Positions 24,180-34,012 are shown, counted from the first letter of the stretch. The stretch is 64,000 bases of DNA from Syntrophales bacterium (GCA_041648505.1 JBAZOY010000004.1:7619-71618), one strand, 5' to 3'. Notes: generated from the letters alone by a model not told the origin. Numbers and translations are program-made.

Positions 24180-25286
24180 TTAAACCAATTCATAACTCGT
24201 GCGCAGTTTTCTTTCTTCAACATGACGTTTAAGCGCCAGCTCTATCAAACGATCGATAAGGTTTTTGTAAGGAATTCCACTTGCTTCCCATAATTTTGGA
24301 TACATACTGATAGATGTAAAACCAGGGATTGTATTAAGTTCATTGACAAGAACAGTTCCGTCGTTCTTTAGAAAACAATCGACCCTGGCCATTCCCTCAC
24401 AGCAAATCGCTTTGAAAGCGCGGATGGATAGTTCCTTTACTTTATGTACAGTTTCCTCAGAAAGATTTGCCGGAATGTCCAGCACAGCTCCATTTTCGTC
24501 GAGGTACTTTGCCTCGTATGAATAGAACTCATGAGAAGGCAAGACTTCCCCGGGAACAGATGCCAGTGGGTTTTCGTTTCCCAGAACGGCACATTCGATC
24601 TCCCGGCCTTCAACAAATTCTTCGATCAAGACCTTATTGTCGAACTGGAAGGCGTTGTATAGTGCAGACGTGAATTCATCAGCATTGTGCACCTTATACA
24701 CTCCGACCGAAGATCCTAAATTAGCCGGTTTTATAAAGAAAGGTACTCCAAAATATGTTTGGATTTGTTCGTAAATCAATTGTCCGCGTTCATGCGCGTA
24801 AACAGTCTTGAAATTACAGACAGGTATCCCCTCTTCTCTTAAAAGACGCTTCATTACATCCTTGTCCATACCAACCGCAGAACCCAGAACACTTGAGCCC
24901 ACAAAAGGAATGCCTGCAAGTTTCAAAAAACCCTGGACCGTACCATCCTCACCAAAAGGACCATGTAGGACAGGAAAAACAACATCAACCGCTTCAACAG
25001 GTTCCTGACTACCCACGCGTACCAGATTTCCATCGCACTGCCCGGGGATGAGGGCAAGATAATTGTCGCCCCGGCCCAGTGAGATTATTTCTGGGTTGTC
25101 AGGATTAAGGATAGGCCGGGATGAATCGCCTATTTGCCATCGACCTTCCTTATCGATGCCTATCAATAGAATGTCGTATCTATCGCGATCAATTGCCGCT
25201 ATTATATTTTTCGCTGATTGGAGAGAAGCTTCATGCTCTGCGGATTTTCCGCCAAAGAGAATCCCAACCCGAAGTTTTTTAGACAT
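24180..25286 (-). CDS. ddl: D-alanine--D-alanine ligase
   Basis: The N-terminus is VGILFGGKSAEHEASL, followed by an ATP-grasp core and a C-terminal NTIPGFT motif. Confidence 0.95.
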   Translation of the reverse strand: MSKKLRVGILFGGKSAEHEASLQSAKNIIAAIDRDRYDILLIGIDKEGRWQIGDSSRPILNPDNPEIISLGRGDNYLALIPGQCDGNLVRVGSQEPVEAVDVVFPVLHGPFGEDGTVQGFLKLAGIPFVGSSVLGSAVGMDKDVMKRLLREEGIPVCNFKTVYAHERGQLIYEQIQTYFGVPFFIKPANLGSSVGVYKVHNADEFTSALYNAFQFDNKVLIEEFVEGREIECAVLGNENPLASVPGEVLPSHEFYSYEAKYLDENGAVLDIPANLSEETVHKVKELSIRAFKAICCEGMARVDCFLKNDGTVLVNELNTIPGFTSISMYPKLWEASGIPYKNLIDRLIELALKRHVEERKLRTSYELV

Positions 25287-25363
25287 TTATTTTCCTCGTT
25301 GATCGAAAGGTGAACTCACCAGCACGTGAAGCAAAGCGGAGCGCTTCCGTGCACATACAGTTG

Positions 25364-25582
25364 TTAAACACTATGATCAGGTTTATTTTTACGATATTCC
25401 AGGTAACCGTGCAGAAACCACCCAATTATGATCCCGATAGCTAACAGGAAAAAAATAAGCAGGGCCCGGGATATCTGGATTGACCAGAATAGAAATTGGA
25501 TCTCTACAACGGCCACGTTTTGGATTAAGAATAGCACAACAAGACCAGCAACGATCAGAATAAGAACCAATTTGTAATTCAT
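25364..25582 (-). CDS. LapA-like small inner-membrane protein (DUF1049)
   Basis: This 72-aa two-TM protein starts MNYKLVLILIV. A GGAGG lies 7 nt upstream of the ATG at 25582, so the longer 97-aa ORF version is unlikely. Confidence 0.5.
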   Translation of the reverse strand: MNYKLVLILIVAGLVVLFLIQNVAVVEIQFLFWSIQISRALLIFFLLAIGIIIGWFLHGYLEYRKNKPDHSV

Positions 25583-25797
25583 TGAAACCTCCTTTATGCG
25601 CGGTGGAAAGAATGTTTGTTTGTGTCTAATGTAAAAGTTTTTACGGCGCAGAGTCAACGCAAAAGTATTATACTTTTTAATCCATTACCGTATAATTTTC
25701 CATCATAACATTCATGATACGCAGCAATATAAGAATAGTGTCTAGACTAGCTGAGCATAAGTGAATATGCTAAAAAGCTGGTCATGACAATAACTAA

Positions 25798-26006
25798 CCA
25801 GTACGTAAAGCGTTCAAGAATTTCTGAGGCCAAATTTTGAGAGTTTATCAGGTATTTTTCTGGATTTGGACACTTGTAAAATTGCTCTTTTGACAGGATC
25901 AATCTTTTATCTTCATCTCAAAGAGCGTGAGTTCCGATTCAATTATCGGAACCAAAATATCTACCAAGTACTTCTAAAAATGATGAGGAAAAAACCTCCC
26001 AGTTAG
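25798..26006 (+). mobile_element. internally deleted, frameshifted IS1595-family (IS1016-group) transposase relic
   Basis: An N-terminal HTH piece reads YVKRSRISEAKF*EFIRYF, then by frameshift LDLDTCKIALLTG. It is joined directly to the C-terminal tail FYLHLKEREFRFNYRNQNIYQVLLKMMRKK. Confidence 0.55.
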
Positions 26007-26149
26007 TTCAGGCCCAAATTTAATTATAATAAAAAATAGGGGAACTCTTTTTTAATTATTTCTGTACAAAGACGATATGGCACCTTTTTATAGACAAAAC
26101 CCTTACCTTCCAGTGGATAGGTCCTTGTTAAAAATACACTTTCATTTTC

Positions 26150-26635
26150 TCAACAAAATTCCCTTGCGACCCAATCGCCCACGTAGTGCGTGATTGTGAT
26201 CACGCCCAGGGCAATTAATAAATGTTCGACCACTACCACGAAAGTCTTTCCCCCGTTTCTCTTTGCAAGCAAATAACTTAGGAAACAAAGGAGGGATAAT
26301 CCCCAACAAATACCAACTAAAATTGCGGTCGGCAAAGGAAACATCAAAACCGGTATCAGGAACATCAACGCCACCAGGAACTTCGATATAAAGGTCATAG
26401 TAGTAGCTTCCCATACCTCCCTTGTAGCAACCGTATTTTTTGCTTCTTCTGAAATATGGATTCCCAGCGCGTCAGAAAATGCATCAGCAATCGCGATAGT
26501 AATAATTCCACCTATAACAGCAATTTTTGAATGTGTTCCGGAATGAAGACCTACCATGAGGCCTAATGTTGTAATTACACCTGAAGTTAATCCGAAGCAC
26601 ATACCTGTCATCAGCGAATTTTTTATAGCTGCCAT
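26150..26635 (-). CDS. VIT1/CCC1-family membrane protein (putative iron/manganese sequestration or export)
   Basis: This 161-aa polytopic protein has GLTSGVITTLGLMVG and IAIADAFSDALGIHISEE segments typical of short VIT-family proteins. Confidence 0.6.
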   Translation of the reverse strand: MAAIKNSLMTGMCFGLTSGVITTLGLMVGLHSGTHSKIAVIGGIITIAIADAFSDALGIHISEEAKNTVATREVWEATTMTFISKFLVALMFLIPVLMFPLPTAILVGICWGLSLLCFLSYLLAKRNGGKTFVVVVEHLLIALGVITITHYVGDWVAREFC

Positions 26636-26804
26636 AATTGCTCCTCGAGACTTTTATGGAATATTGAAAATTTGCAAACCAAATTTAGCAGGTAATTTCC
26701 CGCCCTCACCGGGGTAAAGGGAACCTTCTAGGAACACCGTATGTGCGGAAGGAAAGGAAGAGAATAGTGGCCAAGGAAGGCGTTAAAAAATAATTTTACA
26801 AATG

Positions 26805-29054
26805 CTACAGTCCAATCCATAGCGCAAAATGGTAGGCAACAACCCCTCCCAGTAAAGAAACAGCAATCATCAAACCTAAAGAAACTATCAGCCATTTCCA
26901 GCTTCCCATCTCCTGCTTCATGACGGCCATGGTTGCTACGCAGGGGATAATAAGCATCAGCACGACCAGAAAGGAAAGTGCCGAGGCAGGACTCATCACT
27001 CCGGGCAGTACATTCATCAGCCCCTCTTCGCCTACACCGTAGAGAACACCGAGAGTGGCAATGGCATTTTCTTTTGCTACCGTACTTGTCAGTAAAGCAG
27101 TTATCATCTTCCAATCAAGCCCCATAGGTTGACCAATAGGTTCCAGAAAACGTCCTATCGCTGATAGAATACTGGTTTCTACGTTTCCATAAGGCAACCA
27201 TGACAATAACCATACCAAAACGGAAACTGTAAAAATTACGGTTCCCGCCCTCTTTAAAAAAGCAACAGTCCTCATCCATATTACAATCCCGATAGTCCTC
27301 GGGTTAGGTTTATGATAAAGGGGAAGTTCCATGATGAAAGGCATCGGTTCTTCCCGCAAGAAAAAAGTATGTGCCAGCATACCTATTATACCCAGGACAA
27401 GGATGTTCATGGTCAGCAATGACCATGAAACAAGTGCCGCACGGTTTGCAAATATGGCTGCGGCAACAAAAGTAAGGACGGCCAGCCGGGCCGTGCATGG
27501 AATAAAGGGAGAGAGGAATATGGTCAGTAACCTGGCTTTTTTTGATTCCACAATCCTCGATCCGAGGACGGCGGGCACATTGCACCCAAAACCAAGGCAC
27601 AAGGGGATAAAACTCTTTCCGTGAAGTCCCATAAGGTGCATGAATCTGTCCATTACAAATGCCGCTCTTGCCATGTAGCCGACATCCTCGAGAACAGCCA
27701 TGGCAGCAAAGAATATCAGCAGGATGGGAAGAAAGGTCAAGACAGCTCCAACTCCGCCGATCACGCCGTCTATAACTAAGCCTCTCATCCAGGAAGGAGC
27801 CGTAACGAATATTGGTTCCATCCACCCGGCAAGAGAACTAACCACCCGTTCAAGATATCTTTGCAGGGGAGCACCTATACTGTAGGTTAGAAAAAAAACA
27901 AGGGCAATGACTCCGAGTAGAATAGGAATACCCAATATGGGACGGGTTAGGATATGGTCTATACGGTCGGTGATAGTAATCTGCCCCATCTTGAACCTTG
28001 AAACAGCAGCCCTGGTGATCTCTTCTATCCAGCCATATCTTCCATCGACAACAGCATGGAGGGAATCTTCGTGTTCCATGAGCAGCGATTTTATCTCGTC
28101 CCAGATGTGAGAAGGTACAAGACCCTCCATCATTCCTAAGATATCGGGATCTCCTTCCATAAGTTTGATTACAATCCATTGAACGGTATAGGGGGGGGTA
28201 CAATATTTTTCTGTCAGTTCCACGAGTCTGAGGAAAACGTCCCTGTGGTTCATGGCGACATCAGGAATCCTGGGTTTATATTCTACCTCCTTTCGGCTGA
28301 TGGCAATGATCTGAGAAACGACATCTTTTATTCCTTTATTTTTCGTGGCCACCATAGGGATAACAGGTATGCCGAGAGATTTCCGGATGGCTTTTATATC
28401 AATTTGGATCCCCTGATTTTCCGCAACATCCATCATATTGATGGCAACGATGACGGGAGGACCTAAAAGCAGCAACTCGCTAAGGAGATAAAGGCTTCTT
28501 TCAAGCGCCGATGCATTCACCAGCAGGACAATCACGTCGGGACTTGTACTGATAATAAAATTCCTGGCGATCCTTTCCTCTTCCGAGAAGGCGGTAAGGC
28601 TGTAGGTACCCGGTAGGTCCACAATCTGTATTTCTATATTGTCAGAGACAAAGGTGCCCTCTTTTTTCTCCACTGTTTTTCCGGGCCAGTTGCCGACATG
28701 CTGAGACAATCCGGTTAGGATGTTGAAAACAGTTGACTTACCCACATTAGGTTGACCTGCGAAGGCAACGAGAATTTTTTTCTTGCCATTTGCCTGCTTA
28801 ATTTCCTCCTGAGAAGGGTGGATCCTGTACACCATGATCTTTTCCGCTTCTCCCCTTCCCAGCCCTACCCTTGTCCCGGCAACATGGACAATGACCGGAC
28901 CTCCTCCGGTATTCTGGAGAATATTAATTTTCGTGTTTGTAATGATTCCCATGCCGGCCAGTCTTGCCGTCAGACCCTTTCCCCCGGCAATGGCATGTAT
29001 AATCCCCTCTTCCCCCTCTTTCATGGAGGTAACAGAGATCAGTTCACTATCCAT
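26805..29054 (-). CDS. feoB: ferrous iron transporter FeoB with an N-terminal FeoA domain (FeoAB fusion)
   Basis: The first ~75 aa are FeoA-like (MKEGEEGIIHAI...RLAGMGI). A G-domain follows (AGQPNVGKSTVFN, DLPGTYSL), then a polytopic permease. Confidence 0.93.
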   Translation of the reverse strand: MDSELISVTSMKEGEEGIIHAIAGGKGLTARLAGMGIITNTKINILQNTGGGPVIVHVAGTRVGLGRGEAEKIMVYRIHPSQEEIKQANGKKKILVAFAGQPNVGKSTVFNILTGLSQHVGNWPGKTVEKKEGTFVSDNIEIQIVDLPGTYSLTAFSEEERIARNFIISTSPDVIVLLVNASALERSLYLLSELLLLGPPVIVAINMMDVAENQGIQIDIKAIRKSLGIPVIPMVATKNKGIKDVVSQIIAISRKEVEYKPRIPDVAMNHRDVFLRLVELTEKYCTPPYTVQWIVIKLMEGDPDILGMMEGLVPSHIWDEIKSLLMEHEDSLHAVVDGRYGWIEEITRAAVSRFKMGQITITDRIDHILTRPILGIPILLGVIALVFFLTYSIGAPLQRYLERVVSSLAGWMEPIFVTAPSWMRGLVIDGVIGGVGAVLTFLPILLIFFAAMAVLEDVGYMARAAFVMDRFMHLMGLHGKSFIPLCLGFGCNVPAVLGSRIVESKKARLLTIFLSPFIPCTARLAVLTFVAAAIFANRAALVSWSLLTMNILVLGIIGMLAHTFFLREEPMPFIMELPLYHKPNPRTIGIVIWMRTVAFLKRAGTVIFTVSVLVWLLSWLPYGNVETSILSAIGRFLEPIGQPMGLDWKMITALLTSTVAKENAIATLGVLYGVGEEGLMNVLPGVMSPASALSFLVVLMLIIPCVATMAVMKQEMGSWKWLIVSLGLMIAVSLLGGVVAYHFALWIGL

Positions 29055-29589
29055 TTTCCTGTTTATCCTCTCTTATAGTTGATATTCCGATCCGATTACG
29101 CCCGTCATTTTTGGCTTGATATAGCGCTCGATCAGAAGCCCTGATCAGTTGTTCAGGTGATGAGTCAAGATGGGGTATTAAAGTTGCGCCCCCTAAACTG
29201 ATTGTAACTACCTCGCTGACCGATGAGCTGCTATGAGAAATTCCTAAGGCTTCCACGGTAGTACGCAAAGATTCCGCCACGGATACGGCATCGTTGGCCT
29301 CTGTTTCAGGCAGTATAACCACGAATTCCTCACCTCCGTAACGCGCTATAAGGTCCCCGGGACGGCGGAGTTTACTGCTGAGGCTCCCGGCTATCTTTTT
29401 CAGACATTCGTCCCCCATCTGGTGCCCATAGGTATCATTATAGTCCTTAAAGAAATCTATATCAAACATGATCACGGAAAGGGGATGCCCTGCCCGTAAA
29501 GCACGTTTCCACTCTTTATTGATGTGTTCGTCAAATTTACGTCTGTTTGCTATTTCCGTTAGTCCATCCAGAGACGATAGGCGTTGCAA
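29047..29589 (-). CDS. stand-alone GGDEF domain (diguanylate cyclase) left over from a truncated PAS-GGDEF gene
   Basis: It has DGLTEIANRR and RYGGEEF motifs. The frame is open upstream to 29676 and there encodes only a PAS-end motif, VIAHDITDRKKAEE. No ATG start is available. The stop overlaps the feoAB ATG by 8 nt. Confidence 0.7.
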   Translation of the reverse strand: MQRLSSLDGLTEIANRRKFDEHINKEWKRALRAGHPLSVIMFDIDFFKDYNDTYGHQMGDECLKKIAGSLSSKLRRPGDLIARYGGEEFVVILPETEANDAVSVAESLRTTVEALGISHSSSSVSEVVTISLGGATLIPHLDSSPEQLIRASDRALYQAKNDGRNRIGISTIREDKQENG

Positions 29590-29631
29590 CAGCTCCTCGG
29601 CCTTCTTGCGATCGGTTATATCATGAGCTAT

Positions 29632-29672
29632 AACTAAACAACCCTCGACTATAAGTCGAGGGTTGTTTAGTT
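29632..29672. repeat. perfect 19-bp-stem, 3-nt-loop palindrome between ribD and the GGDEF remnant
   Basis: The sequence is AACTAAACAACCCTCGACT ATA AGTCGAGGGTTGTTTAGTT. It is flanked by the 9-bp direct repeat TTATATCAT at 29616..29624 and 29691..29699. Confidence 0.9.
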
Positions 29673-29676
29673 CAAT

Positions 29677-30753
29677 TTACAACTCAATAATTATATCATC
29701 GCCTTTCCTGGAAATTTTTTTGTATGAGAAGCAAAGTGCTTCATCAATAATTTTAATCCCCAGATCACCTACCGCCTCAATCCCCTTTCCTATGATTTTT
29801 GGCGCGATAACGATTATCACCCTGTCGGCCAGTTTCTCTCTTACAACAGAAGTAATAATCCCGGCTCCCCCTTCCACAAGAATCGCGGATATATTCCTTT
29901 TACCCAGTTCGGCAAACATCTTTTCCATGTTTATACGACCGCTATTATCCTGTTCGACCGGTAGTATTTCAATGCCGAGGTCCTCCAGGCGGGCACGTTT
30001 CTCACGGTTGTCCTGACAGGTGGTAGCAATGATCGTTTTTGCCAATGCCTGATTTTTAAGAATCCGTGCCCTTAATGGAATACGCAGGCGGGAATCAAGG
30101 ACGACCCTTACCGGATTTCTTCCCCTCACGAGACGTACGGTCAGATCGGGGTCATCTTGAATAACAGTACCGACACCTACCAGGATACCATCGTGAATAC
30201 TTCTCAATCTATGGGCAAACCTGAGAGAGCCGGCGGAACTTATCCATTGGGAATGGCCGGTGCTGGTGGCAATCCTTCCATCGATGGTCTGGGCAAACTT
30301 GAGGGTTACAAAGGGCATCCGGGTCGTGATGAACTTAAAAAACCTCTCGTTGAGCTGTTTGCATTGTTCTTCAAGGATGCCAACGGTTGTTTCTATACCA
30401 TTTTGTCTGAGAGCCTCAATACCCCTGCCCGAAACGAGGGGATTCGGATCGGAGGCCCCTATAACCGCCCTCGCAGGTTTACAAGCAATAACGCTTTCGA
30501 CGCACGGTGGAGTCCTGCCGTAATGGGTGCATGGCTCCAGGGTAACATAAATCGTTGCGCCTTCAATGGACTCCGAGGCACTGCGGATAGCATTGATTTC
30601 GGCATGGTTACCCCCAAACTTCTCATGGTATCCCTCCCCGATAATGCGGTTTTCCTTTACGATGACGGACCCGACCATAGGATTGGGACTCACCCACTTC
30701 TCCCCCTTTCCGGCAAGTTTCAAAGCCCGTTTCATGTAGAATTCGTCTGTCAA
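29677..30753 (-). CDS. ribD: bifunctional riboflavin biosynthesis deaminase/reductase
   Basis: The deaminase zinc motifs HAEINA and PCTHYGRTPPC are followed by the RibD C-terminal reductase domain. Confidence 0.93.
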   Translation of the reverse strand: MTDEFYMKRALKLAGKGEKWVSPNPMVGSVIVKENRIIGEGYHEKFGGNHAEINAIRSASESIEGATIYVTLEPCTHYGRTPPCVESVIACKPARAVIGASDPNPLVSGRGIEALRQNGIETTVGILEEQCKQLNERFFKFITTRMPFVTLKFAQTIDGRIATSTGHSQWISSAGSLRFAHRLRSIHDGILVGVGTVIQDDPDLTVRLVRGRNPVRVVLDSRLRIPLRARILKNQALAKTIIATTCQDNREKRARLEDLGIEILPVEQDNSGRINMEKMFAELGKRNISAILVEGGAGIITSVVREKLADRVIIVIAPKIIGKGIEAVGDLGIKIIDEALCFSYKKISRKGDDIIIEL

Positions 30754-30797
30754 GATTTTAAATCCTTTTTTGAACTTTTAAGCGGAATCGAAAGTTG

Positions 30798-31376
30798 TCA
30801 ACGACCATGATCTTTTACAATCCACCTGACGGCATCGAGTATATCTTCGGCAATATAGGCTGGCTTGATCTCATGAGAGACGTGGTCATTTTCCGCGTCC
30901 GCCCCGTAACCTGTCCTTACCAGTACCCCTTTTGCACCGACCTTGCCCGCCGTCTCGATATCTTTAATTGTGTCCCCTGCCACGTAGGAAGAGGATAGAT
31001 CAATATTCATCTCTTCCGAGGCCCTTATAAGCATTCCCGGCTCCGGCTTCCTGCATGTGCAACAAGTTAAATACCTCCCCCTCCCCTCCGTCGGGTGATG
31101 AGGGCAGTAATAAAAGCCGTCGATTATTGCTCCTTTTTCCTCAAGCACCTTCCCTATATGCCGGTGCACCGTCACGACAAAATCCTCTTTGAAGTAGCCC
31201 CTCGCTACACCGGACTGGTTTGTAATCACTACAGCCATCATCCCGCTTTTTTTAATCAACCTTATTGCTTCAGCAGTATTAGGGAAGATTATCAATTTTT
31301 CAAGGCTGTCCAGATAGCCCACCTCTTCGACGATTGTACCATCCCTGTCCAGGAAGACAGCGGCATTTTTCTTCAT
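30798..31376 (-). CDS. gmhB: D-glycero-beta-D-manno-heptose 1,7-bisphosphate 7-phosphatase
   Basis: It has the HAD-IIIA motif FLDRDGT and the Zn-binding CPHHP...CTCRKPEPGM segment. Confidence 0.88.
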   Translation of the reverse strand: MKKNAAVFLDRDGTIVEEVGYLDSLEKLIIFPNTAEAIRLIKKSGMMAVVITNQSGVARGYFKEDFVVTVHRHIGKVLEEKGAIIDGFYYCPHHPTEGRGRYLTCCTCRKPEPGMLIRASEEMNIDLSSSYVAGDTIKDIETAGKVGAKGVLVRTGYGADAENDHVSHEIKPAYIAEDILDAVRWIVKDHGR

Positions 31377-31552
31377 ACCTTACCTTTGTTCGTTGCTGTT
31401 GTATATAGACCTTTACAATAAAATTAGATTAAGAAGGCGCAAATTAAAGGGTTTTCGGGCACCACACTGTAGCAGTAAGCGAGATGTGTATGATCGAAAA
31501 ATTTTTTTGACCGCCGTTGATGAATATTAATACAATCTTCAACGTCCTTGTA

Positions 31553-32635
31553 TCAGCCACGAACTATTGCCTGTTGTTTAATCATTGCTCTCCTGGCTGC
31601 CCCATAAACCTCGTCAACTCCTATAAGTTCCATGCAGCGAAAATCGGTTGGGCACCTCTTCTTGAGACATGGACTACAGTGAACACCCTTGCAAATAACG
31701 GCGCTATTACTACCTGCAGGAGAGGTGGTAATGGGATTTGTTGACCCGAAGATGGCAATGGTCGGAATGTCCAGCGCGCCCGCGACATGCATCAATCCGG
31801 AGTCATTGGTAATAAAGAGGTTACAACGACCAATAAGGGCGATAGCCTCCATCAGATTAGTTTTTCCTGCCAAATTGATAAAAGTGTGCTCGGCCTTTGC
31901 CTGAACCGCATCGGTACGTTTCCTGTCTGCCGGACTCCCAAATAGTATCACCTTAGCAGAAAAGTCACCGACCAATCTATCGGCAACGGCAGCAAACCTT
32001 TCAGGAAACCACCTCTTTGCCGGTCCGTAGGTAGCTCCCGGTGCCATACCAATAAGAGGATGATTATCTTCCCATCCATACTTACGGAGTAATTTTTCTG
32101 AAAGGAGATCATAGTCCTTTCCTGGTTTAAGATGTATCTCCCTTCCCGCTGATAAGCAGCCGAGTGATTTGACCATCTCCAGATAATAATCAATCTGGTG
32201 AACTCTTCTGATGGCCTTTGTCCTCTTAACCGAATGTGTCAAAAGCAGTCCCCTGCCATCGGAATTATATCCGGCCCGGATCGGGATACCTGCCAGACAA
32301 GTAATAATGGCAGCTTCAATGGCATTTTGCAGGAGAATGGCCACATCAAAACCCCTTCGCTTAAGCTCCGTTGCTATCTTTAATTTACCGGGGATGCCTG
32401 AATGTATGCCGGAACTCTCCAATAGGAGGACCTCATCAACATCTGTACAGATGCGAAACAGTTCAGCTACCCATGGCCTTGCCAAAACGGATATTTTTGC
32501 TTTGGGAAAGGTCTTCCTCACTGCGGCGATAGCAGGCAGGTTCATTACGGCATCGCCTATCCAGTTTGTTCCCCGTATAAGTATCCTTTCCACCTTGTTA
32601 AAGGGGATTTTTTTCGCTGCTTTAACCTTCAGCAT
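31553..32635 (-). CDS. waaF: ADP-heptose:LPS heptosyltransferase (GT9), WaaF-like
   Basis: The N-terminus is ILIRGTNWIGDAVMNLPA. The C-terminal NDSGLMHVAGAL motif is typical of GT9. It lies between gmhB and lpxK. Confidence 0.75.
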   Translation of the reverse strand: MLKVKAAKKIPFNKVERILIRGTNWIGDAVMNLPAIAAVRKTFPKAKISVLARPWVAELFRICTDVDEVLLLESSGIHSGIPGKLKIATELKRRGFDVAILLQNAIEAAIITCLAGIPIRAGYNSDGRGLLLTHSVKRTKAIRRVHQIDYYLEMVKSLGCLSAGREIHLKPGKDYDLLSEKLLRKYGWEDNHPLIGMAPGATYGPAKRWFPERFAAVADRLVGDFSAKVILFGSPADRKRTDAVQAKAEHTFINLAGKTNLMEAIALIGRCNLFITNDSGLMHVAGALDIPTIAIFGSTNPITTSPAGSNSAVICKGVHCSPCLKKRCPTDFRCMELIGVDEVYGAARRAMIKQQAIVRG

Positions 32636-33792
32636 TTTTCCTTGCTTGGTGAAAAAGGGTTTTTTTCCTGTTTGAGTTTATCCAAGATCAATCTCTTAAA
32701 TGTATCCCCGGAAGCTATCTCCATCTCTACAGAAAGAAAGAATATCTCCTGAAGGAAACCGCAGGGGAAATCTTCCAGTTTTACACCATCCTTTTCTGTG
32801 GTAACAATGATATCTGCCGCTGAAGCATTAAATGCCTTCTGAATCACGGCGATATCTTTTCTATTATAGCGATAATGATCCGGAAAGGGAATGAACGTAA
32901 CCACCCTGCCACCAAGAGATTCCACCGTCCCTCTGAAGGATTCCGGCGAACCAATTCCGGCAAAGGCACATACCCTTTTCCCTTTCAGATGTTCGAGGGA
33001 ATAAGCCTTACCTGTGCCTCCCTGGATCAGTTGTTTCGGCCCGTGGCATCCCCGGAAAACATGCGACAAATCACATCCCGGCCATGGGGGGGGCAGTGAC
33101 CGTGTAGACGTGTCACCCGAACTAAAATCATCCTCACGGCCGTTATATGTTCCGGTCCAGACGATAATATCCGCTCTCTTTAAAGCTTCCGGTGGTTCAC
33201 GGAGAGGTCCCCTTGGCAGAAGGCAACCATTTCCGAAAGGTCTCCCTATGTCCATAAGGACGATATCTATATCTCTAAAAAGGCTCCGATGCTGGAAGCC
33301 GTCATCGAGGATCAGAACATTGGCCTCCATTAGTTCCATGGCTAATCGCCCTGTCAGTATTCTTTTGGGCCCGGTAAGAACCGGTATTCCGTCCGCAGCT
33401 TTGGCCATGAGTACCGGTTCATCTCCTGCTTCAACGTGCCCCATCAGTAGCCGGGTGCCATCTGATACAATATTCACAGGCTTTTTTCTCTTCCCCCCGT
33501 ATCCCCTGGAGAGGACGGCAGGATGATACCCCTGCTCTTTAAGCATCTTTGCCAGCATAATTACCATAGTGGTTTTTCCCGTTCCGCCTACTGTAATGTT
33601 TCCGACACTGATTACCTTACCGGAAAGTTTCTTCTGTTTGCACACCCCAATATCGTAGAAATGGTTTCGCAGTTTTATTGTCTTTCGGTACAATAGGGAA
33701 AGAGAAATAAGAAAAAGGATTAAAGGATTAAACCCGCATGCACTGCCGTTATCATCCCATATATCCCTCCATGTATTTCTCAGCCTTATCAT
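32629..33792 (-). CDS. lpxK: tetraacyldisaccharide 4'-kinase
   Basis: It has the P-loop GNITVGGTGKT and LSRGYGG and DDGFQH motifs. Confidence 0.9.
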   Translation of the reverse strand: MIRLRNTWRDIWDDNGSACGFNPLILFLISLSLLYRKTIKLRNHFYDIGVCKQKKLSGKVISVGNITVGGTGKTTMVIMLAKMLKEQGYHPAVLSRGYGGKRKKPVNIVSDGTRLLMGHVEAGDEPVLMAKAADGIPVLTGPKRILTGRLAMELMEANVLILDDGFQHRSLFRDIDIVLMDIGRPFGNGCLLPRGPLREPPEALKRADIIVWTGTYNGREDDFSSGDTSTRSLPPPWPGCDLSHVFRGCHGPKQLIQGGTGKAYSLEHLKGKRVCAFAGIGSPESFRGTVESLGGRVVTFIPFPDHYRYNRKDIAVIQKAFNASAADIIVTTEKDGVKLEDFPCGFLQEIFFLSVEMEIASGDTFKRLILDKLKQEKNPFSPSKEKC

Positions 33793-34012
33793 ATCTATCT
33801 CTGCCTATGATGCGGTATTCTTTTTAACAATATCCTCACTATACCATTATATTAACGTATTCAAACCTTTGTAAAACAGTGAATTGTATTCAACATATGA
33901 GAATTATAAGATTTTCTTGTACCATGGCTTCGCAGCGCAACGAAACGTACATGGGCAAAAAAGATTAGCGCCGATGAATATAATTTTTAAAGCCCTCGTA
34001 TTGACACTTAAC

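Noticed and set aside
30754-30797. FMN riboswitch upstream of ribD
   Set aside because: Only 44 nt separate ribD from gmhB, which is too short for an FMN aptamer. ribD appears to be co-transcribed with the LPS genes.
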